Origin: Candidatus Bathyarchaeota archaeon | GTDB lineage: Archaea; Thermoproteota; Bathyarchaeia; 40CM-2-53-6; RBG-13-38-9 | Direction: 5' to 3' | Length of the DNA stretch: 64,000 nucleotides | NCBI GenBank assembly: GCA_963807605.1 | Contig: CAWECG010000001.1 | Coordinates: 160,001-224,000, forward strand | Part shown: one piece after another, positions 21,520-31,541 of the stretch | How the letters are laid out: each line of letters opens with the position of its first letter | Numbering within the stretch: position 1 is the first letter of the stretch | Notes under the pieces: generated by a model | The model's database searches: none | Told to the model about the DNA's origin: nothing | What the model saw: only the letters and a program-made list of their open reading frames with translations | Made by a program: the position numbers and the translations under genes

Positions 21520-22950
21520 ATGCTTGATTCTCATAAGAAGCTCATAGACGAAGCTGAACGAGCTGCCGAGAAGATCAAAGATAACATATCTGAAGGATCT
21601 CGTATTGCGGTCGGTTGTCACTTCGATGCTGACGGACTGGCTGCCGCCGGAATATTGGTGAAAGCGCTTTACAGAGCAGGTGCATCGTTTCATTTGAGGG
21701 TCTTGAAGCAGCTTGACCCGCAGGACATCGAGTTCTTTTCCAAATCCGCCTCTGATGCAGTGATCCTTGCGGACATCGGAAGTGGCTATCTTGATCTTCT
21801 GAAGGATCTAGCGAACTCAAAGGACGTCTTTGTCTTAGACCATCACCAAATCAATGGCGAGAACTTTGGGAGGCTCATACACGTCAACCCGCATCTATCA
21901 AACCTCGATGGAGGAAAAGAAGTGAGCGGCGCCGGAGTCTCCTACACAGTGGTAAAAGCGTTGGACCAGCAAAACATCGACCTGTCTCCCTTGGCGGTTG
22001 TAGGAGCTGTAGGAGATATGCAGGATAAAAATGAAGGGAGAACACTTCGTGGATTCAATTCGCTTATAGTGGAAGATGCCGTCAAGTCAGGTCTTCTCAA
22101 AGTTGAGACGGACTTGATAATCTACGGAAGAGAGACGAGGCCAGTCCACAAGGCTCTATCACATACAGTGAATCCATTTCTTCCCGGGCTGAGTGGACAG
22201 GAAGACAACTGTTTCGCATTACTATCTTCATTGTCGATACCAATTAAGGTCGGCGACAGATGGAGAACTGTGGTTGAACTCTCTAGTGATGAAAAGAAGA
22301 AGATACTATCGGCTATAGTTGAAAAGATCACCTCTGGCGGTCTTTCAGGAGCCGTTGTCATGAACTTGATCGGAAGCGTCTATACGCTTCTTGGAGAAGA
22401 AAATTGGACTCCTACACGTGACGCGAGAGAATATGCCACATTGCTAAACTCCTGTGGAAGAATGGGCCATCCGTCGATTGCGATAGCTGTATGCATGGGA
22501 GAGCGAGGCCCTACAATCGCTGAAGCCAACAAGATCCTTTCAGAACATCGAAAAGCTCTGGCGACGTATATGACTTTGATAACAGAGAAGCCGTCTTCCG
22601 TAGAGAGTCTCGGGAGACTTTCTGTAATTCATGGTGAGGAGTATTTAAACGAGAATATGACTGGAGCTGTATCCTCCTTGCTGTCGTCATCTGAGACATT
22701 TGCTCCAGGCAAAGTGATCATTGTTTGCGCCAAGACGAGAAATGGCGAGATAAAGATCTCAGCTAGAGCCACCGCGAAGATGGTTGAAAAAGGGGTAAAC
22801 CTGGGTCACTCCCTCCAACATATCGCCGAGAAATACGGAGGAATTGGTGGCGGCCACAAAATTGCAGCCGGTGCCCAGATTCCTCAGCAGAGATTGAAGG
22901 AATTCCTCAAAGAACTCAGCGATGAGCTATCAAGGTTGCTTCAAGAGTGA
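21520..22950 (+). CDS. RecJ/GAN-like DHH phosphoesterase
   Basis: HFDADG, DIGSG, LDHH, GGGHKIAAGA; conserved position after uS15. Confidence 0.92.
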   Translation: MLDSHKKLIDEAERAAEKIKDNISEGSRIAVGCHFDADGLAAAGILVKALYRAGASFHLRVLKQLDPQDIEFFSKSASDAVILADIGSGYLDLLKDLANSKDVFVLDHHQINGENFGRLIHVNPHLSNLDGGKEVSGAGVSYTVVKALDQQNIDLSPLAVVGAVGDMQDKNEGRTLRGFNSLIVEDAVKSGLLKVETDLIIYGRETRPVHKALSHTVNPFLPGLSGQEDNCFALLSSLSIPIKVGDRWRTVVELSSDEKKKILSAIVEKITSGGLSGAVVMNLIGSVYTLLGEENWTPTRDAREYATLLNSCGRMGHPSIAIAVCMGERGPTIAEANKILSEHRKALATYMTLITEKPSSVESLGRLSVIHGEEYLNENMTGAVSSLLSSSETFAPGKVIIVCAKTRNGEIKISARATAKMVEKGVNLGHSLQHIAEKYGGIGGGHKIAAGAQIPQQRLKEFLKELSDELSRLLQE

Positions 22951-23201
22951 ATATAACAATCAATATCCGCCTTCGAAACACACGATTGGCTAAGGCCCTC
23001 GCAAAGGCTCTTGAACCTGATAATACGCTTGCTCCGTCAACACTGAGTGTAAAGACTTGGGCAAAGAAGGACATTGCAACAACATCGATAACCTGTAGAA
23101 AGAGCCTTGAAACATTCATAGCAACCATAGATGACTTACTATTGTGTGCGGATGCGGCACATAAGACGCTGGAGGATGTTGAAACTGGTAAACGAGCTTA
23201 G
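22947..23201 (+). CDS. pcc1: KEOPS subunit Pcc1 family
   Basis: ALEPDN and TIDDLL motifs; uS15-DHH-Pcc1 context. Confidence 0.8.
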   Translation: MNITINIRLRNTRLAKALAKALEPDNTLAPSTLSVKTWAKKDIATTSITCRKSLETFIATIDDLLLCADAAHKTLEDVETGKRA

Positions 23202-24759
23202 GATGTGCGCAAAGATCCTACTGAGGTTTAGTGGAGATATCGAAAAGGCAAAAGAATCAATTGGCGAAGCGATTGAAGAAGCAAACAAGACAATCTTGAT
23301 CAAAGGCGCACCCCAAAATCAGGAAGCCGAGGCTGCAAGAATAATCACTTGGAATGTTAAAGGCTCGTCTCTAGAATTGGAGATCGATTCAGGGAGACTC
23401 GTCAGGGCAACCACTGCCGCCCTTAGGCTGCAAAAATTCTTGGGAAACATCTTAGGCAGAGACTTCAAGATTGGGATACGGGAGCTGAAGGCTGAGACGA
23501 TTGAATTCTCGATTCAAAGCGATCATGAAATTGATCGCGAAGTAATTAATCGAATAAAAGCGATTCCAAATATCTCAAGTGTCAAGCATGAGGCTAACAG
23601 GGTAAGGATAACAATTGGCCAGATGAGTGAACACGATCTAAAGAACAACGTCCCTGACAGGCTCATAGCCAGGGCCAAGGATCTCTTGGTCAGCGCTCCA
23701 AAACCACTCACCCCCTTCCAACCGGTTCTTGTTGTAAAGAGGGGCGAGGTCAAAAAGGCGAGATTTGACAAAGATCCGATGCAGGTCGCCATAAATTTAG
23801 GATGGATCAAAGAATTCCCTGGACGCGGACAATGGATCTACACAACTCCCTACGCCCAGCTATTCGAGATCATAAGGGATAGTCTCATTGACGAAGTCGC
23901 AACTCATCTAGGCTTTCAACCATTCATGCTTCCCAAACTGATACCATTAGAGATCATGAGGAAGATGCCAGGATACCTCGATGATATCCCTGAAGGAATG
24001 TACTATTGCTTTCCTCCTCCAAGAGACCCAGAAGCCTTCAGCACATTCAAGGAGACTCTGAAGCTTACAAAGGAGATATCCAAGGAGGAACTCAAGAAGG
24101 CCCTCAAAGATCCAGAGTATGTGCTTGCTCCAGCCCAATGTGAACCATTCTGGCAGTTCTACGGAAAGGAGACCTTGAATCAGGACGATTACCCATACAA
24201 GCTCTACGACACCTCGGGCTGGACTTACAGATGGGAGGGAGGTGGGGTAGAAGGTATGGTGAGAGTACATGAATTTCAGAGGATCGAACTGACGTACCTC
24301 GGTACTCCAAAACAGGTGATCGAGATTCGAGACGCCGTACTGGACAGGCTACTCAATGTTGCGGACAGAACACTTGATATGGAATGGAGGGTGACAGCGG
24401 CGATACCCTTCTGGGCACGTGAAGGAACCATAGAAATGAATATTCAAGACAGCGCGGAAGTACCTGCGTACGATCTTGAGATATATCTGCCATACAGAGG
24501 AGCCAGAGAGACATCCGAGTGGCTCGAAGTTGCGGGATGCTTCGTACACAAACTGAAATTCGTGGACAGCTTCGGTATACGCGAGATCAAGAATAGAGAG
24601 ACCTGGACAGGATGCTCGGGCCTCGGCTTGACACGATGGGTCGCGGCCTTCCTGGCAACTCATGGCTTTGAACCAGAAGACTGGCCAAAGAATGTACAAG
24701 CCAACTTCAATGAGAATTACAGGTTGCCCAAGAGTCTGCTCTGGCCACCGAAAAGATAA
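23176..24759 (+). CDS. serS: Type-2 (methanogen-type, Zn-dependent) seryl-tRNA synthetase; the track labels it minus but it reads on +
   Basis: SGR.VRA, APAQCEPF, YRWEGGG, EFQRIE, WTGCSGLG; start approximate (ggagg at 23171). Confidence 0.93.
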   Translation: MLKLVNELRMCAKILLRFSGDIEKAKESIGEAIEEANKTILIKGAPQNQEAEAARIITWNVKGSSLELEIDSGRLVRATTAALRLQKFLGNILGRDFKIGIRELKAETIEFSIQSDHEIDREVINRIKAIPNISSVKHEANRVRITIGQMSEHDLKNNVPDRLIARAKDLLVSAPKPLTPFQPVLVVKRGEVKKARFDKDPMQVAINLGWIKEFPGRGQWIYTTPYAQLFEIIRDSLIDEVATHLGFQPFMLPKLIPLEIMRKMPGYLDDIPEGMYYCFPPPRDPEAFSTFKETLKLTKEISKEELKKALKDPEYVLAPAQCEPFWQFYGKETLNQDDYPYKLYDTSGWTYRWEGGGVEGMVRVHEFQRIELTYLGTPKQVIEIRDAVLDRLLNVADRTLDMEWRVTAAIPFWAREGTIEMNIQDSAEVPAYDLEIYLPYRGARETSEWLEVAGCFVHKLKFVDSFGIREIKNRETWTGCSGLGLTRWVAAFLATHGFEPEDWPKNVQANFNENYRLPKSLLWPPKR

Positions 24760-25036
24760 AGACAATCCAGGCAGACGCTAACGGTGGGCTAAGAAAATAC
24801 CTTCATCAGAGGATCTAAAGCAAAACAATGCGCGCTCTTCTTGGAGGACGAAGTGACTACGAACCTCTAGGGTTCTGCCAAGTTGTCGGTTGATACGCCT
24901 CTAGAATTGAACTGTCAAAAATCGGTTGATGCAAGCGACCTTACCAAGTCTCTATCGGTTCGTCTAGTTTCTAACTCGTGTCAAAAATCATCGAGTGCGA
25001 CACATGTTAAATCTGCATGTGGAGTGAATCTTAACC

Positions 25037-25381
25037 ATGGAAATCGGCAAGATACTAAAAGCAATTCTTGCGTCAATTGGCGACATCGCTTCTATTTCTT
25101 GGCTCCTAGTCTTGCTGGGAGTTATCCCAGAACCTATCTTTCATGGAGCTGAGTTCTTGGCAACATACTACCCATACTTCGTGCTTTCGGCACTGGCGAT
25201 GTTCTTTTCGTTTACCCTTTGGCTGGGCTATCAGTTGGGTCTTTACAAAGAAAGAAGAAAGAAGGGGAGAAGTTCTCTCTACATCGGAGCGGCGCTTAAG
25301 GAGGGTCGAGATTATAGAATCACAGGTCAAGTAAGATCGAAAGATGAGCAACATGAGTCAAGCAACGAGAAATCAAGTTAG
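25037..25381 (+). CDS. Hypothetical membrane protein (cargo of the element)
   Basis: Two hydrophobic segments followed by a basic cluster; ggagtga SD. Confidence 0.6.
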   Translation: MEIGKILKAILASIGDIASISWLLVLLGVIPEPIFHGAEFLATYYPYFVLSALAMFFSFTLWLGYQLGLYKERRKKGRSSLYIGAALKEGRDYRITGQVRSKDEQHESSNEKSS

Positions 25382-25610
25382 TTCCGCTCTTGTTCTTTCG
25401 AGTTTTGCGAGTTTCTTCAATAGGACTAGGTCTGATTCGCACCCCTCGGTAAGCGCCTTCAATCCAAGCTTACGTATGCGTGTCAACACAACCGTGTAGC
25501 TCTTCAGCCGCTCACCTTTCAGATAGGCTTCCAGTACCTTGCGTTCAGGGGGGATACTGGAATGCGTTGGTAATGACTGCTGGTCTACAGGCGTTGCTCT
25601 TCTTCCTCAT
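25373..25610 (-). pseudogene. Small helical protein, frameshifted near 25550-25560 (cargo of the element)
   Basis: ATG 25610; after a 1-nt shift reads PPERKVLEAYLKGERLKSYTVVLTRIRKLGL...DLVLLKKLAKLERTRAELT*. Confidence 0.4.
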
Positions 25611-25777
25611 CGCAAAGGGTTACTATTGCTAAACACAAAGACCCTCTGAATTATCAACCGTTATTTTACAGCCACGAGAACTTACTGTATCAACCGCAGA
25701 CTTTACAGAACCAACCTCTAGCAAACATTTTAAGGATGGGCATTGTAGTAGCTCGAGCCAAGATCGAGGTCAAGTGT

Positions 25778-26431
25778 TTGTCGAAAGCTCCTGGAAGAAT
25801 TCGTGATAAATGGCGCATGAAGGAGTGGTACCAAGTATTCACGCCATCCTACTTCGGAGAGTTGAATATTGCAAACATACCCTGCGCGGACCCATCTAAA
25901 CTAGTCGGAAGGGTTGTGGAGAGCACACTCTACGAAATTACAGGAGACTTCTCCCATCAATCGATCAAGCTCTACTTCCTTGCAAAAGAAGTGAAAGGAG
26001 AAAAGATCGAGACAATACTCAAAGGACACGAATATTCCGCAGACTACCTCAGGAGTCTCGTGCGAAGAGGTAGCTCTAGGATAGACGGTATATTCAAACT
26101 AACGACCAAAGATGGATATACAAGCCGAATATCGGTAGTAGCCTTTGCGAAGGGCAGGATCAACATCTCACAGCAGCACACAATCAGGAGGATGATGCGA
26201 GAGGTTCTTGAAGAAAAAGCTAAGACTCTCAGTTACGACCAGCTTTGCCATGAGATGGTCCTTGGCAGCGTAGCAAAAGCAGGCATCGGCTCAGATATCT
26301 ACAACCTCGCCAAACGTATAAGCCCACTCCGGCATGTCGGAGTTAGGAAATCAAAATTGCTCTCTCTGCCAGTGGCAGCAACTCCTGAAGCGGCTGTGGC
26401 AAGTGTGGCAACCGAAGAGACTCCCGCCTAG
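25778..26431 (+). CDS. rps3ae: 30S ribosomal protein eS1 (S3Ae)
   Basis: RDKWRMKEWY, DYLRSLVRRGSSRID; TATA-like ttttaa near 25727 favours the TTG at 25778. Confidence 0.96.
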   Translation: MSKAPGRIRDKWRMKEWYQVFTPSYFGELNIANIPCADPSKLVGRVVESTLYEITGDFSHQSIKLYFLAKEVKGEKIETILKGHEYSADYLRSLVRRGSSRIDGIFKLTTKDGYTSRISVVAFAKGRINISQQHTIRRMMREVLEEKAKTLSYDQLCHEMVLGSVAKAGIGSDIYNLAKRISPLRHVGVRKSKLLSLPVAATPEAAVASVATEETPA

Positions 26432-26544
26432 ACCTCTTCTCATCTCAAGGCGGAGATCCCTCTGCGAGGAGGATTTTGGCCTCCACATATGTCATAGTAT
26501 ACAAGATGTCGAAGACGAAAAGTGGACCAGTTCTGTGATATGAC

Positions 26545-27915
26545 TTGAAGGAGAAGCTCTTCGGATCATCCGGCGTCCGAGGTGTTGCTAACCTCGATCT
26601 AACCCCCGAGTTTGTACTCAGGTTTGGCCTCACACTAGCCAATTTTACGGCAGGCGGCAAGATAGCAGTTGGATTCGATACTAGGTCATCGAGCCAGATG
26701 GTTGTTCATTCCTTGATAGCGGGACTGTTGGCAGGTGGAGCTGAGGTTAAGAATCATGGTTTGATCCCTACACCAGTCTTGGCCTATTTGACCGCGGATG
26801 CAAAATGCAAGGCTGGTGCTATGGTGACTGCCAGCCATAATCCTGCCGACTACAATGGGGTGAAACTCTTCGATAAAGACGGAATGGCGTTTAATCATAA
26901 CTTGGAGAACGAGATCGAGAGACGGTACAATTCGACTGACCTGAAGCGTGCGAGCTGGAGTGCACTTCGCACAGTCGAGACAGTGGACTCCACTAACCGG
27001 TACATCGAAATGATCAGAAACATGGTCTTCATCGAAAAACCGTGGAAGGTAGTCGTAGACCCCGGATGCGGAGCTGCATACTCCCTAGGGCCTAGGTTGT
27101 TCCGCGAGCAAGGATGCAAAGTCCTGACTGTCAACGCTCAACCCGATGGATTCTTCCCCGGGAGAGATCCTGAGCCCAGCGCCGATTCACTGAATGTCTT
27201 ATCAAGAATAGTTAAGGAGACTGGCTCAGACGCGGGAGTAGCATATGACGGCGATGCCGATAGGATGGCCATTGTCGACGAGACAGGAGAATTGGTGCCT
27301 ATGGACCAGTTGATAGCCGCTTACGGAGCCTATCTTGTATCCTTGAACGAGAAGACGATAGTTGTTCCAGTTGACGCATCGATGTGTATTGAGGAGAGTA
27401 TCGTGGGCATCGGCGGGAGCGTCATCAGGACAGCCGTCGGTGACGTAAATGTCGCCGAAGCCGTACTAAAGCACAAGGCAGCGCTCGGAGCAGAAGCAAG
27501 CGGTGCTTGGATAAACCCCAACTATAGCCTCTGTGCTGACGGAATCCTCTCAAGCATGCTGGTCTTAGCTACAGTCTCAAGTCAGCGAGTCAACACAACC
27601 CTCTCCAAGTTCGTAAACTCGATTTCCCGATACCCAATACTAAGAGGCAAAGTCCCCTGTCCGGATGAGCTCAAGACCGAGGTTATGAACGAGTTTCAGT
27701 CAGAGCTTTTCAAAATCATGCCTGAGAAGAGTGAAATTCTTACTATCGATGGCGTGAGAGCCGCTTCGGAAGATGGATGGATATTGATAAGGCCCAGCGG
27801 CACTGAACCGGTACTAAGAATAACCGTTGAGGCCAAAGATCGCTCCAAAGCAGAACTGTTGATGACTCAGACTCTCGCGCTAATGCAGAACATGATCAAA
27901 CGCTTATCCCACTGA
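26545..27915 (+). CDS. glmM: Phosphoglucosamine mutase / phosphohexomutase
   Basis: TASHNP, DGDADR, RPSGTEP. Confidence 0.9.
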   Translation: MKEKLFGSSGVRGVANLDLTPEFVLRFGLTLANFTAGGKIAVGFDTRSSSQMVVHSLIAGLLAGGAEVKNHGLIPTPVLAYLTADAKCKAGAMVTASHNPADYNGVKLFDKDGMAFNHNLENEIERRYNSTDLKRASWSALRTVETVDSTNRYIEMIRNMVFIEKPWKVVVDPGCGAAYSLGPRLFREQGCKVLTVNAQPDGFFPGRDPEPSADSLNVLSRIVKETGSDAGVAYDGDADRMAIVDETGELVPMDQLIAAYGAYLVSLNEKTIVVPVDASMCIEESIVGIGGSVIRTAVGDVNVAEAVLKHKAALGAEASGAWINPNYSLCADGILSSMLVLATVSSQRVNTTLSKFVNSISRYPILRGKVPCPDELKTEVMNEFQSELFKIMPEKSEILTIDGVRAASEDGWILIRPSGTEPVLRITVEAKDRSKAELLMTQTLALMQNMIKRLSH

Positions 27916-27997
27916 GTCTACTAAAGTTCTCTTGTTGAACCATCTCGATTAAGTTACAGAACAAGATGCAAGAACGTTGGTATAGCTGGTCTAGATT

Positions 27998-29290
27998 ATG
28001 AGAGCCGTCATCCTCGCCGCCGGTGAAGGAGTAAGACTAAGGCCGCTCACAGAGAACAGACCAAAACATATGATTCCGATAGCAGGCCGGCCACTTCTTC
28101 AACATGTTATTGAGGCCTTCAAACACAATGGTGTGCAGAAATTTACTATTGTTGTGGGATATCTGAGCGAGGTTATCGAGCGTTCCCTCTCTGATGGTCG
28201 TGGCCTCGGAGTTGACATCACCTATGTTCATCAACGCAAGGCTCGAGGTACGGCTGACGCAGTTGCGCAACTACATGATCAGCTTGACGAGTCACGTTTC
28301 CTGCTGTGCTATGGCGACATCTACGTCTCTCAGAGTGCCCTTGCGGAAGTTATGAAAGCCTTCAACGACAAATCAGTTGACGCCGCGATGGCTGTCGTAA
28401 AAGTCAAGGACCAAGAGCACTACGGATTAGTCACAATCCACGAAGGATACGTAAAAGAGATCATCGAAAAACCGAAGCGCCCTTCGCCAGCTGGATTCGC
28501 CAACGCGGGCATATACGTCTTCGAAAAGAGCATATTCGATGGTGTAAAGAGGACGGCAAAATCCCCCAGAGGAGAACTTGAATTAACAGATTCAATAGCG
28601 AATCTCATAAGATCTGGCATCAAGGTCAAACCAGTTCTAATAGACCAAAAGGACTGGCTTGACATAGGGCGTCCTTGGGATCTTTTTCAGGCCAATGAGA
28701 GAGCTCTGCAGGCGATCCAACCCACCAAGGAAGGTTACGTCGAGAGTACTACGGTTCTGATGGGTCCCGTCACTGTGAAACCGGGAGTAAAGGTTCTTTC
28801 AGGATGCCGCGTGGAGGGTCCAGCATACGTGGGCGAAAGGTCTGTAATCGGTCCGAATTGCTACATCAGACCCTATACCAGCATCGGCCAAGACGTCAGA
28901 GTTGGAAACGGCTGCGAGATCAAGAACTGCATAATCATGAATCGCACAAAGATACCGCATCAGAGCTACTTTGGAGACAGCATAATAGGTGAAGAATGCA
29001 ATTTCGGTGCTGGAACTTTGACGGGAAACCTGCGACTTGATGAAAGGACTGTTCTAATGAGGATCAAGAGAAAGATTGTTGATAGTGGAAGGAGGAAGCT
29101 TGGAGCGATAATTGGAGACGCCGTCAGCACCGGGGTAAACGTCAATCTTATGCCTGGCGTTAAAGTAGGTTCAAGAACAGCCATAGGCCCCGGAGTTATA
29201 GTATACAAAGACCTTCCCGCAAACGTCAAGGTTCTGCTAAAACAAACCACCGTAAAGAAGATGAGAAAAGAATCAAATGAAAAGGTTTGA
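27998..29290 (+). CDS. glmU: Bifunctional sugar-1-phosphate nucleotidyltransferase/acetyltransferase
   Basis: ILAAGEGVRLRPLT, RGELELTD and C-terminal hexapeptide repeats. Confidence 0.9.
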   Translation: MRAVILAAGEGVRLRPLTENRPKHMIPIAGRPLLQHVIEAFKHNGVQKFTIVVGYLSEVIERSLSDGRGLGVDITYVHQRKARGTADAVAQLHDQLDESRFLLCYGDIYVSQSALAEVMKAFNDKSVDAAMAVVKVKDQEHYGLVTIHEGYVKEIIEKPKRPSPAGFANAGIYVFEKSIFDGVKRTAKSPRGELELTDSIANLIRSGIKVKPVLIDQKDWLDIGRPWDLFQANERALQAIQPTKEGYVESTTVLMGPVTVKPGVKVLSGCRVEGPAYVGERSVIGPNCYIRPYTSIGQDVRVGNGCEIKNCIIMNRTKIPHQSYFGDSIIGEECNFGAGTLTGNLRLDERTVLMRIKRKIVDSGRRKLGAIIGDAVSTGVNVNLMPGVKVGSRTAIGPGVIVYKDLPANVKVLLKQTTVKKMRKESNEKV

Positions 29291-29293
29291 GAA

Positions 29294-29617
29294 TTGGTGG
29301 AACTAGACAAGGATACACTCCGAAAAAAGTATCCGAACCTTTGGGGCGAGCTTGAGAGCATCCCTGCCGCAAGACCACACAGTAGGAAGATTCAGAATGA
29401 CATGTTTCGAGGCTATGCCCCTAACGTGATAGACTATCTCAGAAGATGTGATAGAAGCGAGCAAGCGGAGAAAACAATCTCGTACCTCGTTGAGCATAAT
29501 GAGATAACTGCCGATTACGCCGAGGGACTGCGCAAACAATTGAGGGAAAGGGGTCTAAGGAGCTTCGGGCCGAGGAAAAGAGAGGGATTCTATTTGAAAG
29601 AGGCCGGCCGGACTTAG
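29294..29617 (+). CDS. DUF2095-like protein
   Basis: KKYPNL, GYAPNVIDYLRRC, GLRSFG. Confidence 0.75.
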   Translation: MVELDKDTLRKKYPNLWGELESIPAARPHSRKIQNDMFRGYAPNVIDYLRRCDRSEQAEKTISYLVEHNEITADYAEGLRKQLRERGLRSFGPRKREGFYLKEAGRT

Positions 29618-29777
29618 GAAATCTGGCGCAGGTACCAAATAGTGTTGAGAACACCTTCTAACCATACTCCTTGCAGAACCTCTTCCTAGGAAGGTTTATC
29701 AAGAGATTTGCAGAAGTACGCCATCATCTTCATGTAGGATGTAAGAATACCACATTCAATCACATTAGTGAGGACGC

Positions 29778-30242
29778 TTGAGTTCTTCCAATAGTCTCAC
29801 AGGCAAGACGTTGCGCAATCGAGGACAGGTTACAGAGCAGACGATGCGCCAACTTGCATTCAAGTGGCGTAGAGATCCAGCTATTTTGCGCGTCGAGAAA
29901 CCCACAAGGTTGGATCGCGCTAGAAGACTCGGTTACAAGGCCAAACAAGGCTTCACAGTCGTTAGAATCAGAATCCGAAAGAGTGGAGCTAGGAAGAAAA
30001 GGCCAACCTCAGGACGCAGACAGAAAGCGATGGGTGTAAGAAAGATCAAGTGGGCCAAGAGTGGCAAACAGATTGCAGAAGAGAGGGTGGCCAAGAGATA
30101 TCCGAACATGGAGGTGCTTAATTCATACTTCCTCTGGGCCGATGGCAAGTACCTCTGGACAGAGATCCTTCTTGTCGATCCAAGCCATCCTGCCGTAATG
30201 AGCGATCCTCGGGTTAAGTGGATTTCGAGAATCGGAGACTAG
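29778..30242 (+). CDS. rpl15e: 50S ribosomal protein eL15, lacking the usual C-terminal tail
   Basis: PTRLDRARRLGYKAKQG, AEERV, VLNSY, VDPSHP. Confidence 0.95.
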   Translation: MSSSNSLTGKTLRNRGQVTEQTMRQLAFKWRRDPAILRVEKPTRLDRARRLGYKAKQGFTVVRIRIRKSGARKKRPTSGRRQKAMGVRKIKWAKSGKQIAEERVAKRYPNMEVLNSYFLWADGKYLWTEILLVDPSHPAVMSDPRVKWISRIGD

Positions 30243-30263
30243 CACTATAGGGAGCTCTTATTG

Positions 30264-30647
30264 ATGGAAATTCGGCCGAAAGTCGTCCGGAGACCGGTGA
30301 CAATGCAGAGGAAGAGCCTTGGAAGAGGTTTCTCGAAGTCTGAACTCAAAGAGGTTGGACTTTCGAGTAGCACCGCGAGAAGATTGGGAATAGTGACTGA
30401 TGATCGAAGGAAGAGTAAGCACCAGGTAAACGTCGATAGTCTTCAAGAGATGCTCAAGACTACTGGAAAAAGTATCCCTGAGCTGGTAAAAGAAGCAGCC
30501 CCTACGAGAATCCGTTTCACGAGCGGACCTCATTATGGAAGGGCTCAGAGAGGATTAACTTCTTCGGGCAAAAGGATGCGTGGGCTTTTTAGGTCGAGAG
30601 GATCTAGAGGCACGCGTGGATACAAATTCAAGAAGCTGAAACGCTGA
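30264..30647 (+). CDS. rpl13e: 50S ribosomal protein eL13 with an eL15-like C-terminal tail
   Basis: GRGFSKSELKEVGL...LGIVTDDRRKS; tail HYGRAQRGLTSSGKRMRGL. Confidence 0.88.
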   Translation: MEIRPKVVRRPVTMQRKSLGRGFSKSELKEVGLSSSTARRLGIVTDDRRKSKHQVNVDSLQEMLKTTGKSIPELVKEAAPTRIRFTSGPHYGRAQRGLTSSGKRMRGLFRSRGSRGTRGYKFKKLKR

Positions 30648-30714
30648 AGCTGCAAACTAATTTCTCAATCTTGAAGTGCTCATCTCATATCACACGTACA
30701 GTTGAAGACGGCCT

Positions 30715-31527
30715 ATGGACCTGACCGTTATAAAACTGGGAGGATCGGTGATAACTGAAAAGGATGGCACCTCGTCATTTAACAGATCACTTCTGGACGA
30801 GATCGCCGAGGAGTTGGCCGAGATAAAGACAAGACTACTCCTCATTCATGGAGCAGGAAGCTTCGGGCATCCAATTGCAAAGAAATATGCTATTGATGAA
30901 GGGTATAAGGACTGTGAGCAGCTGAAGGGCGTCACTGAAACAAAGTGCTCAATGCTTTCTCTCACATTGATGATCACTCAATCGCTAGCTGATCACAACA
31001 TTCCGGTAGTTCCATTCCTATCTTCCAGCTGCATGGTTGCTGAGGCAGGAAGACTGGTCAGAATCGATCTCGATCCATTCAGGGTGATGCTCAACCTTGG
31101 TCTCGTACCTTTATGTAGCGGGGACGTTGTGGCGGATCTGAAAATGGGATTCTGTATAGTCTCCGGCGACCAAATAGCTGTACATCTAGCCGAGAAGCTG
31201 GATGCTAAACGAGTAATATTCGGATGCGACGTTGACGGAGTCTTCGACTCTGACCCAAAGAAAAACCCGAACGCGAAATTGATTAGGCTAATCACGCCCA
31301 AGAGTTTGAAGAAGCAGATGGATTTTCTAGGGGAGTCGGCAGCGACTGATGTCACTGAAGGTATGCTAGGAAAGATCAAGGAATCAATCGAGCTAGTCTC
31401 TAGCGGCAAAGAGGTCGTAATAATCAATCTCAGACGGCCGAAGATTCTTACCAGGTTCTTTGAGGGTCAAGATGTTCCATGTACGCGATTGGTTTCAGAT
31501 AATGAGAAAGCGAGATCCTCTATTTAA
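30715..31527 (+). CDS. Isopentenyl phosphate kinase
   Basis: KLGGSVIT.K, HGAGSFGH, SGD, DVTEGMLGK. Confidence 0.92.
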   Translation: MDLTVIKLGGSVITEKDGTSSFNRSLLDEIAEELAEIKTRLLLIHGAGSFGHPIAKKYAIDEGYKDCEQLKGVTETKCSMLSLTLMITQSLADHNIPVVPFLSSSCMVAEAGRLVRIDLDPFRVMLNLGLVPLCSGDVVADLKMGFCIVSGDQIAVHLAEKLDAKRVIFGCDVDGVFDSDPKKNPNAKLIRLITPKSLKKQMDFLGESAATDVTEGMLGKIKESIELVSSGKEVVIINLRRPKILTRFFEGQDVPCTRLVSDNEKARSSI

Positions 31528-31541
31528 CTAAAGAATCAAGT

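Larger units (their letters stand above)
24871..25712. mobile_element. Non-autonomous transposon (MITE/cassette-like) with 26-bp imperfect TIRs and 9-bp TSD
   Basis: Left ggttctgccaagttgtcggttgatac versus right (revcomp) ggttctgtaaagtctgcggttgatac, 21/26 identical; AACCTCTAG duplicated at 24862-24870 and 25713-25721. Confidence 0.85.

Noticed and set aside
23131-24759. Minus-strand label for SerRS (and for 50077..50265) in the ORF track
   Set aside because: The listed proteins translate directly from the + strand (atgacttac at 23131; atgccacag at 50077)
24886-24990. Regularly spaced short repeats as a mini-CRISPR
   Set aside because: Too short and degenerate; explained as subterminal repeats of the TIR element; no cas genes
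26260-26295. Short insertion SVAKAG in eS1 as an in-frame intron
   Set aside because: No 4-bp helix with two 3-nt bulges could be drawn
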